Shown: one piece after another, positions 10,626-21,879 of the stretch
Layout: each line of letters starts with the position of its first letter
Numbering within the stretch: position 1 is the stretch's first letter
Assembly (NCBI RefSeq): GCF_006345805.1
Contig: NW_021831658.1
Location: 1-35,287, forward strand
Reading direction: 5' to 3'
From: Octopus sinensis
Lineage: Eukaryota
DNA: 35,287 bases
Position numbers and translations under genes: made by a program
The notes under the pieces: model-generated
Database searches by the model: none
The model's input: only the letters and a program-made list of their open reading frames with translations
What the model was told of the DNA's origin: nothing

Positions 10626-11019
10626 TCTTTATATATAAAACTGTAGTTGTGTGAGTGTCTGTCCCCTTCGAATTAGAGTCCTAACTACTCCCACATTTTG
10701 CGGTGCAGTTTAACCAAAACCGGGTATCTTATAGTCGTGATTCATATCGAGCCCTTCTGCGTATTAGCGCGCGTCTACGATGAGTCTACGATTTTAAAAA
10801 TAACTTACCATAATTTTTTTCCATTTTCATACATATTTTTTTAAAGGGAAGTAACTCTCTAAAAATATTTACGATGAGTCAACGATTTAAAAAAAAATTT
10901 ACCATCATATTTTTTCCATTTTTAATGCATTTTTTTGCTATTTTTTGGCTATAACTCTCTAAAAATGCTGTATAGTTATTTCCCTTACAAACCCGAGCAA
11001 CGCCGGGCGATACTGCTAG
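10626..11019 (+). mobile_element. Intact non-autonomous Helitron (394 bp)
   Basis: 5' TC after A10625; 3' GC-rich hairpin-like cccgagcaacgccggg (10992-11007) then CTAG (11016-11019) before T11020; no TSD; internal ~90-bp tandem subrepeat (10777-10968). Confidence 0.88.
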
Positions 11020-11423
11020 TCAATTATATTTCTATATTTATGGATGGGAGAAATACCTGTCCACTAAGCTACAGGTAGCTTTAACTCTGCTGGATTTAAC
11101 ATTTAATGAGAAACAACGTCGTTTTCTTCTTGAATTTCCGGGCTAGATGTCTGACTAATCTCCATGAATTCGCTCTCCACTAGGAATATTGTAATAAGAG
11201 ATTGCTCTATGGAATTCTCCCTAAATGGAGGATAGTTTCAGGATTCTCCTGTTAATGCTTTTCTCTAGATCCTTAAACACTAAAGTGTGTGGTCACATTC
11301 TATGTTAAAGGATGATCTGGTAGAATGTTAATTAAGCATATCTCTATACTGTTTCTAAGTTCGAAAGATTCACAAACTTGGACGGTGTACTTCTTAAGTC
11401 TATTCAGTGTATATCCATTGTCA

Positions 11424-11710
11424 GTGGAGGCACATGGCCTAGTGGTTAGAGCAGCAGACTTGCGGTCGAGGGATCACGGGTTCGAATCTCAGACCGGGCG
11501 ATGTGTGTGTTTATGAGCGAAACACCTAAGCTCCACGCGGCTCCGGCAGAAGGTAATGGAGAACTTCTGCTGACTCTATCGCCACAACTTTCTCTCACTC
11601 TTGCATCTTGCAGGTCACCTGCGACGGACCGGCGTCCCGTCCAAATGGGGAACCAAGGAAACCGGGAAACCAGCCCTTATGAGCTAGGCATGGATCGAGA
11701 AGGAACAAAC
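11424..11710 (+). mobile_element. SINE family C with tail type 2, complete
   Basis: A-box TGGCCTAGTGG, B-box GGTTCGAATC; perfect 13-bp TSD ATATCCATTGTCA at 11411-11423 and 11711-11723. Confidence 0.93.
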
Positions 11711-11884
11711 ATATCCATTGTCATACTTGAATATAACAAATACATCTTCTTTCTACAGAATGCGTCACTTTAAATCTACCACTAGAAACCGATGACAGAG
11801 CATTTATACGGTCGCTTGATCTGCTAGAAACAGTTACTAAATCTTCGATTTATATGCTACCTTTTTACAAAATAAAGGACACAT

Positions 11885-12057
11885 TGTGGCTGTGTAGGAA
11901 AAAGCTTGCTTCCCAATCACATGGTTTCGGGTTCAGTCTCACTGCGTGGCACCTTGGGCAAGTGTCTTCTACTCTAGCTTCGGGCCTTGTGTGTGGATTT
12001 GATAGACGGAAACTGAAATAAGCTCATCGTGTATATATATATATATATACACATATA

Positions 12058-12090
<33 letters not shown>

Positions 12091-12310
12091 GTATCTATGT
12101 GCATGTGTCTTTGTGTCTGTGTTTATCATCCCCCACCACTTGACAACTGTGTTGGTGTGTTTACGTCCCTGTAACTTAGCGGTTCGGCAAAGAATAAGTA
12201 CTAGGGTTTAAAGACAGACTTGGGGGCGAATTGTTTGATTAAAATCCTTTAAGGCCTTGCCCCAATATGGCCGCGATGAAATGACTGAAATGAGTCAAAG
12301 AAAAAAAAAT
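11885..12310 (+). mobile_element. SINE family D (diverged)
   Basis: Head, CORE-like block, central TA tract and 3' half recognisable. Confidence 0.88.
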
Positions 12311-13222
12311 AAACATCAAAAAACATTGGAATATGCGCTACATGTGAATAAAAGCCGGATTACTCATGGCCGGATTATTTATGATCATATGTCATTTTAA
12401 TCGGCACTAGGCTGGAGCTCACTTTCAACAAATATATCGATATTATGAAGAAAATGCCAAAGAAAATTACATTAAATTATAACGCATTCGAACTTCAATA
12501 ACCCACCGGAAATCAACGATTTATAGACTGTAATTTTTATGGAATTATAAGATATTAACACAATTAAAAGAAGAAGAAGCAAAAATACCAAATCAAAGAT
12601 TAAACAAGCAAACAAACCAATTATTAAGAAAAAAAATGACGTTGAACCGTTTTGAGTTTGACAACAATTTATAACTTATTGATTTTTTTTTAAAGTAATT
12701 CAATGGATGAAATTATATTTTGAAAAGAATCTTGACTTAAATAAAACCCCAACCAAACAAACAAACAAACGAAATATTAAAAAAAAAATGTGTGTTTGAT
12801 AAATCAATAAATTTTATGTGTAATAAAATGCAGAAGAGAGATATCTGCTTTTAAAACCGAAATAACTATCCAAACTTATATTTAGAGAAGATTCTAGAAA
12901 AATTCTTTAGCAATAGTTAGATATTAGATGTTGAAGTGTGGAATATTTTCACAAGGCTGATTTTGCATTTTTTGCTTAATAATTGCATCTTAGGGATTCA
13001 CAGGTGAGATTCTGTATTTAATTGTTGTAATTTATCATTCATTTGAATCTTAATAATTGTCGAGTGGAGAGTGTCATAAAGGGAGTTTATCAGTTGCATT
13101 TTACACATTTATTCATGAGGTTCATGTTGGAGCACCGTTCTCAAGGATGATTAGGTAATTATTTTGAGTTAGATACTGATTTTATTGGGTGAATATCTTA
13201 TCTATATAGTAAGGACGAAGAA

Positions 13223-13452
13223 GGCGGCGAGCTGGCAGAAACGTTAGCGCGCCGGGCGAAATGCTTAGCGGTATTTCGTCTGTCGTTACGTTCTGAGTTC
13301 AAATTCCGCCGAGGTCGACTTTGCCTTTCATCCTCTCGGGGTCGATAAATAAAGTACCAGTTTCGCACTGGGTCGATGTAATCGACTTAATCCCTTTGTC
13401 TGTCCTTGTTTGTCCCCTCTATGTTTAGTCCCTTGTGGGTAGTAAAGAAATA
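13223..13452 (+). mobile_element. SINE family A monomer
   Basis: 18-bp TSD TATATAGTAAGGACGAAG at 13203-13220 and 13453-13470. Confidence 0.95.
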
Positions 13453-13540
13453 TATATAGTAAGGACGAAGCGGGACGAAACTCGGACGGTATCTTCCATT
13501 CAACACAGAAAAATAAAGTAAAAAAAAATATCGCTTTTAA

Positions 13541-13633
13541 TCTTTAACTCTTTTACTTGTTTCAGTCATTCGACTGTTGCCATGCTGGAGCACCGCCTTT
13601 AGTCGAGCAAATCGACCACAAGACTTATTCTTT
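13541..13633 (-). mobile_element. SINE family D 3' fragment
   Basis: ctcttttacttgtttcagtcattcgactgttgccatgctggagcaccgcc. Confidence 0.85.
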
Positions 13634-13848
13634 CTATCAACAATAGAAGTTGATAAATGTGAAGAAGAAGGATAATGAAAGTGAAAATAAAAAGAACTAG
13701 TGCTTCTGTGTAGTAGATATAACATGAGATAAAATAATAATGAAGTTCAGTATAATATATGCAGTTAAATTAAGTGTGATTTTATTGATATTGCGGCTAG
13801 CACACACAATTATGGACACAATAGGTTACTGATATTATGTATCTTTAA

Positions 13849-14079
13849 GGCGGCGAGCTGGCAGAATCGTTAGCACGCCGGGCGAAATGCGTAGCCGTAT
13901 TTCGTCTGCCGTTACGTTCTGAGTTCAAATTCCGCCGAGGTCGACTCTGCCTTTCATCCTTTAGGGGTCGCTAAATTAAGTACCATTTACGCACTGGGGT
14001 CGATGTAATCGACTTAATCTGTTTGTCTGTCCTTATTTGTCCCCTCTATGTTTAGCCCCATATGGGTAATAAAGAAATA
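13849..14079 (+). mobile_element. SINE family A monomer
   Basis: 15-bp TSD GATATTATGTATCTT at 13831-13845 and 14080-14094. Confidence 0.95.
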
Positions 14080-14617
14080 GATATTATGTATCTTCATGAT
14101 AGAAATTATTTCGGGGAACTATACTGGTTTCAAACTTTGGCACAAGGCTGGCATTTTCAGGGGGAGGAAGTTTGTCTATTTCATCGACCCAAGGATTCAG
14201 CTGGTACGTTGCATACATGACAAATTACCTTGGGGGTGTATGTATTCTTCTTGCGTTTATCGGTGCTTGATTGTTGGATATAACTTAATCAAATTCGTTT
14301 AAGACTGAGCGCTTTATTGATATCTTCCTGGGGTTTTTAATCCCCTTTTTTTCTTCATGTCAGTATGTTTTGTTGCATATGTATGTTTTATTTTGTCGTG
14401 TTTCTTTTCGTCATTGCCCTGTGCATTCGTTAGCTATTTCCACTGGCTTTTTGTCACTGGTTTCACCAGGAGTGAACAGTATGAACGTTAAAGGTGCGAA
14501 ATTGTAATGATCTTTCGAACATTGATTGACGAGGAATAAGGTACGAATTTTCTTTTTGTTATGTTTTTGAAATATACCCGGTTATTGTGTTTTTGTTAAA
14601 TTTTTTATATATATATA

Positions 14618-14807
14618 TAGGGAGAGTTTACGGAAAAAAACAAAAGACGAAGTCGGGTGGTGTACAAAACAAACAGATGTATTAGTATAACGCTCAGGAA
14701 TAGAAAAAGTCTTTTACGTTTCGAGCCTACCCTCTTCTACAGAAAGGGACACAGAAAACAAGGAGAGAAACAAGGAGAGAAAAAATGTGTGTTGTGGCAA
14801 ACGATCT

Positions 14808-14812
<5 letters not shown>
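14618..14812 (-). mobile_element. Short non-autonomous repeat, probably Penelope-like (PLE)-derived, inside (TA)n
   Basis: (TA)n on both sides; T-rich sense strand ending ctccc-(TA)n; contains hammerhead-like motif. Confidence 0.6.
14707..14750 (-). ncRNA. Minimal type I hammerhead-ribozyme-like motif (core variant)
   Basis: GUCC-CUUU CUGUAGA A GAG ggUAgg CUC GAAA C GUA AAAG-AC: stem I CUUU/AAAG, stem II GAG/CUC, palindromic stem III ACGU, GUA cleavage triplet; A6 is U. Confidence 0.55.
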
Positions 14813-14844
<32 letters not shown>

Positions 14845-14914
14845 AAAGGGCTTAGTAAAATAAATTACTTTGCCGCATGAAATTGATTAATGATTAATTA
14901 ATTTTGCCCTCAAT

Positions 14915-14919
14915 TGTTG

Positions 14920-14970
<51 letters not shown>

Positions 14971-15072
14971 ATATATATATGTATGTATGTATATATATAT
15001 AATATATATATGTATGTATATATATATATATATATGTATGTATATATATATATATATATCTATCTATCTATC

Positions 15073-15107
<35 letters not shown>

Positions 15108-15129
15108 GTATGTATATATATATATATAG

Positions 15130-15206
<77 letters not shown>
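14915..15206. repeat. (TA)n/(TATG)n/(GA)n compound array
   Basis: Direct reading. Confidence 0.96.
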
Positions 15207-15209
15207 GAT

Positions 15210-15850
15210 ACTGGAAGCAAGTAACTGCTTTCAGTCAAAAATACCGCATACCAGATGCCTGTAGGTTTCAAAGATCATCAGGAGAGAATGCGCACCGTTT
15301 CGAGGCTTCCATCTCGTCGGCTTGTGATGTGAAGCCCTTACCAACTATTTCGGCTGACTATTATTCGACATCAAGTCCACCTTGGTATCATCTCACTAGC
15401 CAAATTTCGTCATTCATTTTCAGCCCTATCCAGTAGTTAGCCCTCGCAACTTTCGTCCGAATCTCCTACAAGATGGCGTTCGTTGGCCAGTGTTGGACAC
15501 CAATTGATAGCAACCAGTATCTCAGTCTGGTTCAACTAAAAACCCCTACACCAAATTCTGCTCGAAAGTGTACTACTTTCCAACCAATATTTATGCAGTC
15601 TTCCAGTCGTGTCCCCTAAAGCTCGTCTTTCCTAGCCTGGTCTGCATCTAAATTGTCTTCTTGTTGAACAGTTAATTCAACAAGATATATTATCTTACAT
15701 TCCTCACACTCATATTGTCATGCCCGGTTTCTTCTTTGTTAGCATTGGAAAGAGGTGTTCACACCTACAAGATATACATAGTTGAAAACCAATTCATTGT
15801 TGCATTCTTCCTCTTCGTAGAGTGGTTTACATTTTCTCTCCTGCTTAAAA
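15210..15850 (-). pseudogene. 3' fragment of a second RLE-endonuclease LINE (HERO/NeSL-like), heavily decayed
   Basis: LFPMLTKKKPGMTI*/EECKIIYLVELTVQQEDNLDADQARKDEL*GTRLEDCINIGWKVVHFRAEFG...EIRTKVARANYWIGLKMNDEIW; matches the PD...ELTV...RK..Y..L..C...GW...P.E.G.RGF pattern; stop at about 15388. Confidence 0.7.
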
Positions 15851-15944
15851 AGGTACAGTGCTGGATAATATTTCCAACAAAGAATAGCTATTTTAGACAA
15901 TGCACTTAGCCACCTAGCAAACCTAAATAAGATTACTGATAATA

Positions 15945-16466
15945 GCCTTTCTGATTCGGGAACAAAGCCTAAAATTTTGGAGTGAAAAAAAGGAAAGGGG
16001 TTAGTCGTTCACATCCACCATAATGTTTGATTGGTACTTATTTCATCGGCCCCGAAAGAATGAAATACAAAGTCGAACCTATCGAAATTTGAACTCATAA
16101 TGTAAGGCTAGATAAAATGTCGCTAAGGATAATATGTTTGAGTCGTCAGTGTCCCATAGAGAAAGGCTATTTAGTGGGGAGCTGGTACTGTTAGAAAAAG
16201 AGCGAGTTGAGGATGCGGTTGAGAAGAGTGAAATTTCAGCAAATTCACTTGAATGAAAATGATATTGGTTTTAATTCGTGGCACAAGGCCAGCAGTTTCG
16301 GGGACTGGAGTAAATTGATGACATGAACCCCGAGTGCTTGTCTGGTACTTATTTTATCAACTCCGAAAGGATAATAGGCAAAATCGACCTCGACGTAATT
16401 TGAACTCAAAACGTAAAGACAATCGAAATACATATTTCTTTACTACCCACAAGGGGCTAAACACTG

Positions 16467-16497
<31 letters not shown>

Positions 16498-16527
16498 TTC
16501 TCTATCTATCTATCCATCCATCCATCC

Positions 16528-16563
<36 letters not shown>

Positions 16564-16564
16564 C

Positions 16565-16596
<32 letters not shown>

Positions 16597-16850
16597 GACA
16601 GACAAAAGGATTAAGTCGATTATATAGACCCCAGTGCGTGACTGGTACTTTATTTATCGACCCCGAAAGGATGAAAGGCAAAGTAGACCTCGGCGGAATT
16701 TGAACCCAGAACGTAACAGCAGACGAAATACGGCTACGCATTTCGCCCGGCGTGCTAACGATTCTGCCAGCTCGTCGCCTTCAAGACAAACGAAATACCG
16801 CTAAACATTTTGGCCGGCATGCTAACAATTCTGCCTGCTCGCTGTCTTCT
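15945..16850 (-). mobile_element. Cluster of SINE family A copies (about 15945-16130, 16250-16430, 16425-16781, 16785-16848)
   Basis: Reverse complements of family A body/head; the 16425-16781 copy carries an internal tetranucleotide array (16465-16595). Confidence 0.85.
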
Positions 16851-17227
16851 TGACAGCAAAGTCTATTACTAATGGATTCAGCCGTCTAGAGAAAGTTCTT
16901 CAAGATTTTGTTGATAATAACCCTAATCTTGAACCTAAATCTATAAGAAGAGTTTACACTGAACATAGTTCCTTCGGTGCTCCGTAAATAAGCAAACAAT
17001 TCTGTATAAGTTATTTGCCTCTCAAGCAGATGTTGATAAAAATGAATTACAAGATTGAAAATGCCCCTCATCCTACCAATAACTGTCATTCTACCACCGG
17101 CCATGTATGAACGTTCTGCAACAGAAGCTCTTTCATTATAATACAGTTACTCGAAATAAGGTGGCGAATTGGCGGAATCTTTACTGGTCCGGGCAAAACG
17201 CTTAACTGTCTTTCAAACGCTGCCGCC

Positions 17228-17244
17228 GTATGTGTGTGTGTGTC

Positions 17245-17277
<33 letters not shown>

Positions 17278-17284
17278 CCTACCT

Positions 17285-17333
<49 letters not shown>

Positions 17334-17344
17334 ATATCTGTCTG

Positions 17345-17391
<47 letters not shown>

Positions 17392-17696
17392 TCTATCTAT
17401 CCATCCATCCATCCACCCATCCATCCATCCATCCATCCATCTATCCATCAATCCATCTATCCATCCATCCGCCCGCCCGCCCGCCCGCCCGCCTGCCCGC
17501 CCGTCCGTCCGTCCGTCCGTCCGTACGTCTGTCCGTACGTCCGTCCGTACGTCCGTCCGTCTGTCTGTCTGTCTGTCTATCCATCTATCTGTCCGTCCGT
17601 CCGTCCGTCTGTCCGTCTGTCCGTCCGTCCGTCCGTCCGTCCGTCTGTCTGTCTATCTGTCTCTCTTTCTCTATCTATCCATCCATCCATCCATCC

Positions 17697-17757
<61 letters not shown>

Positions 17758-17758
17758 G

Positions 17759-17791
<33 letters not shown>

Positions 17792-17810
17792 CATCTATCT
17801 ATCTCTTTGT
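17228..17810. repeat. Compound tetranucleotide array TCTA/TCTG/TCCA/CCCG/TCCG
   Basis: Direct reading. Confidence 0.97.
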
Positions 17811-18421
17811 ATATACGCATATATACTTAGCGCATGTAGTTTAATGCACACACTCTCATCTACTCACGTATGAATACCTATACTCTTTCACAACCATGTA
17901 CACAAGATGCTTGCCCCCTGCACATCGATCCCACATGCACATACACTACATATGCATACAAGAGTTGCAAATACACACACACTTGCAAATACACACACAT
18001 GTGCACACACAGAGGCGAACCTGCATCCCCCGCACTCCTATATTTATTCATTCATACATAAACGCAAGCCAGAGTCACATCAATATAGACCAGCATCTAA
18101 TTAGCTATATAAACAAAGGCGGAGCGGTATAGCGTAAAAAACAGAAACGTATTTTTAGCGCAAAGGAGATGAGCCAGATAAAAAGTTAATGCGTTTTTCG
18201 TTGTGTTTTGTGAAGTATGATGCCTCATAGTGTGGAAAACATATCGAATACTGAGAATCTGTTAATGGAGTGGCTCAAAGTGTTGATGAGGTGAGGTATT
18301 GGTTTGTTGGGGATGTAGCGGTGAACACGTGGTTTCTGTAAGTAGATCGATTTCCGGACGTCTGTTAGTTTCACTAGTCTATAGGTCACGGATGAGATTG
18401 TATATCATATATACAATTTAA

Positions 18422-18824
18422 GGCGGTGAGTTGGCAGAATCGTTAGCACGCTGGACGAAATGCTTAGCGGTATTTCGTCTGCCGCAACGTTCTGAGTTCA
18501 AATTCCGCCGAGGTCGACTTTGCCTTTCATCCTTTCGGGGTCGATAAATCAAGTACCAGTTACGCACTGGGGTCGATGTAATCGACTTAATACCTATGTC
18601 TATCCTTGTTTGTCCCCTCTGTGTTTAGCCCCTGTGGGTAATAAAGAAATAGGTATTTCGTCTGCCGCTACGTTCTGAGTTCAAATTCCGCCGAGGTCGA
18701 CTTTGCCTTTCATCCTTTCGGGGTCGATAAATTAAGTACCAGTTACGCACTGGGGCGATGTAATCGACTTAATCTGTTTGTTTGTCCTCTCTGTGTTTAG
18801 CCCCTTGTGGGTAGTAAAGAAATA
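18422..18824 (+). mobile_element. SINE family A dimer (full unit + head-less unit)
   Basis: 15-bp TSD TGTATATCATATATA at 18399-18413 and 18825-18839 encloses both units. Confidence 0.93.
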
Positions 18825-19292
18825 TGTATATCATATATATATAATGATTTTAATGGGATATATTAATCCTGGCGGTCACCATGTTTTCTCTTACGTCGGT
18901 TCCAGAAGCCGGCTAACCACAACAGTCCTTTTGTGGTACCCGAGCTAACAATAAGTTGCTAGGTTTTAGTAAATTTTCTCGCTGAGTAAATCCAAGTTTC
19001 CTGGTCAAGACTGCATATTTTCCATGGAGGAAGCAATAATATTAATAATGATAAGGAGAACGGAGATTTTTCACGGGATGTAGCGGTGAACACTTGGTTT
19101 CTGTAAGTAGATCGATTTTCGGACGTCAGTTAGTTTCACTAGTATATAGGTCACGGATGAGATTGTACATCATATATATATAATGATGTTAATGGGATAT
19201 ATCAATCATGGCGGTTACCGTGTTTTCTCTTACGTCGGTTTCAGATGCCGGCTGACCACAACAGTCCTTTTGTGGTACACGAGCTAACAATA

Positions 19293-19713
19293 GGCACAGG
19301 AGTGGCTGTGTGGTAAGTAGCTTGCTTACGAACCACATCGTTCCGGGTTCAGTCCCACTGCGTGGCACCTTGGGCAAGTGTCTTCTACTGTAGCCTCGTG
19401 CCGACCAATGCCTTGTGAGTGGATTTGGTAGACGGAAACTGAAAGAAGGCCGTCGTATATATGTATATATATATGTGTATATGTTTGTGTGTATCTGTGT
19501 TTGTCCCTGCCCCCCCCCCAACATCGCTTGACAACCGATGCTGGTGTGCTTACGTCCCCGTAACTTAGCGGTTCGGCAAAAAGAGAACAATCGAATAAGT
19601 ACTAGGCTTACAAAGAATAGGTCCCAGGGTCGATCTGCTCGACTAAAGGCGGTGCTCCAGCATGGCCGCAGTCAAATGACTGAAACAAGTAAAAGAGTAA
19701 AAAGAGCAAGAGT
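19293..19713 (+). mobile_element. SINE family D, complete
   Basis: Head to tail; short AATA duplication relative to the empty site in the sister unit. Confidence 0.93.
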
Positions 19714-19924
19714 AATAAATTGCTAGGTTCTAGTAAATTTTCTCGCTGAGTAGATCCAGGTTTCCTGGTCAGGGCTGCATATTTTCCATGGAGTAAGCAA
19801 TAATATTAATACTGATAAGGAGAACGGAGATTGTTCACATCCATAGTTTTATTCAACAGTTATTTACAGCATCTTTATAGACCTACACGTGTTTCATCTA
19901 CAGCAGCTGTACACTGTTACATAT

Positions 19925-20241
19925 GCAACCTACCATCATAGTCAGTGCAGTTTCGTGTTCAGTTCCACGGCAGGGCACTCTGGATATATGTCAGCGGCAA
20001 TAGTACCGGGCATACCAACGCCTTGTGGGGGAATGTGATACACAGTGTGGCAGCCCATCGTGTATACAGAGAGAGGGAGAGAGAGAGAGAGAAAGAGAGA
20101 GAGAGAAAGAGAGAGAGAGAAAGAGAGAGAGAGAAAGAGAGAGAGAGAAAGAGAGAGAGAGAAAGAGAGAGAGAGATATTAGTAGATAACATAAATTGGT
20201 AGATGGACTAGTAGACAGATATATACAAATACATACATACA

Positions 20242-20308
<67 letters not shown>

Positions 20309-20370
20309 GTAGACACATATGCACATATATTCGTATGTATGTATGTATGTAAGTATGTATGTATTTGTGC

Positions 20371-20405
<35 letters not shown>

Positions 20406-20718
20406 CACATGCATTCAGACATATATATATGAATATATAGATATATATTAATGTGTGTGTTGTTTGAGTGTGTGTGTATGTGTGTGTGTGCGTGCACATG
20501 TGCGTGGGAGTTTGTGCTTGTCCGCCCACCGCTTCACAACCAGTGTTGCTTCGTTTACGTCCCACGAACTTAACGGTTCGGCTTGAGTACCCGATGGGAT
20601 AAGTTACAGAAATAAAAGTTAAGTACTAGGGTATATTTGGTCAATTAAGTAAACGCTTCAATGTGGTTTTCCAGCGTGGCCGCTGTCCAATGAGCGAAAC
20701 GAGTAAACGATAAAAGAT
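19925..20718 (+). mobile_element. Old SINE family D-like copy with central microsatellite expanded to ~430 bp
   Basis: Diverged 5' half (gtgttcagttccacggcagggcactctgg...gccttgtgggg), GA/TA/TG arrays 20068-20495, diverged 3' half 20505-20718. Confidence 0.6.
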
Positions 20719-20844
20719 AGAGGATACAACATACACAGCTGTCAGTGTCATCAATTGGCCTTATATTGTAGTAAACAGCCTCAAGTAGAGTTTTATTTCA
20801 TCTTTGGTTCCAAGAATATGGTCATTATATATACAGATCAATAG

Positions 20845-20946
20845 GTAGGTAGATAAATAGATAGATAGGTAGATAGACAGATAGACAGGCAGGCAAACAG
20901 TGACAGAGAGATAGATAGATAGATAGACAACAGATAGATAGATAGG

Positions 20947-21010
<64 letters not shown>

Positions 21011-21064
21011 CAAACAGATAGATAGATAAATAGGTATACAGGCAGGCAGACAAACAGATAGATG

Positions 21065-21111
<47 letters not shown>

Positions 21112-21209
21112 TAGATAGACAGAGTGGCAGAGAGATAGATAGACAACAGATAGATAGATAGATAGACAGATAAACAGATAAATAGTTATACGGACAGGCA
21201 GACAAATAG

Positions 21210-21240
<31 letters not shown>

Positions 21241-21243
21241 GAT

Positions 21244-21276
<33 letters not shown>

Positions 21277-21425
21277 CAAACAGGCAGATAAATAGTTAGA
21301 TAGATAGATAGATAGATAGATAGACAATAGATTGACAGATAAACAGATAGATAGAAGATAGACAGATCGATCGATAGATAGACAGATAGAGAGATAGCTA
21401 GCTAGCTAGCTAGTTAGATAGATAT
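20845..21425. repeat. (GATA)n/(GACA)n array
   Basis: Direct reading. Confidence 0.97.
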
Positions 21426-21879
21426 AGTTATATTTACGCATATATAAATATATATATTCCTTGCAGATGAATACAAAAACCTGAAGAATACACAAATCGT
21501 CTAGGAACTGTAATTACGAATAATCCATGGGAGCCAATTCCTTGTTCTTGCAATCTTCAGGGGAAGTAACTCCGGATCATAGCTCAATTGTAACTCAGAT
21601 TTTATTTTTTTATATCGTATAGTAAAATAGTAAGATATGTTGCTTGTTATAGAAAGTATCTGCTTTTCTAATGAAGAATGGTAAACAGTAGAAAGCTTAG
21701 ATTAATCGCAGTAATTAGGTATTTTATGTCATTATCAATAATGAGATGATTATGTGATTAAATTAGTGCCGTGGAATAAATTATGTAGCATATACTACAG
21801 TACAATTCCAAGTCAGTACATTCTAGTCAATTTCCTATTTTTTGTATATTTTTTTAAAGAGTTCTTCTATTTGAATGCC

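Larger units (their letters stand above)
18311..19820 (+). repeat. Tandem duplication of a ~345-bp unique unit, each copy interrupted by a different SINE
   Basis: gggatgtagcggtgaacac...gataaggagaacggagatt occurs at about 18311-19073 and 19074-19820. Confidence 0.92.

Noticed and set aside
11424-11500. tRNA-like sequences with A and B boxes (also 5562, 24758, 25371)
   Set aside because: SINE heads continuing into SINE bodies with TSDs; no complete acceptor stem.
12985-13015. Possible 10-nt micro-exon tcttag|GGATTCACAG|gtgaga
   Set aside because: Such motifs arise by chance; no supporting neighbouring exons.
15255-15290. CTGATGA-tcttt-GAAAC hammerhead-like core on the minus strand in the LINE 3' UTR
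   Set aside because: No stem II and no NUH triplet.
17169-17873. Long ORFs of 174-234 aa (also 20761-21327, 22998-23507)
   Set aside because: TCTA/GATA arrays (LSIY repeats), not proteins.
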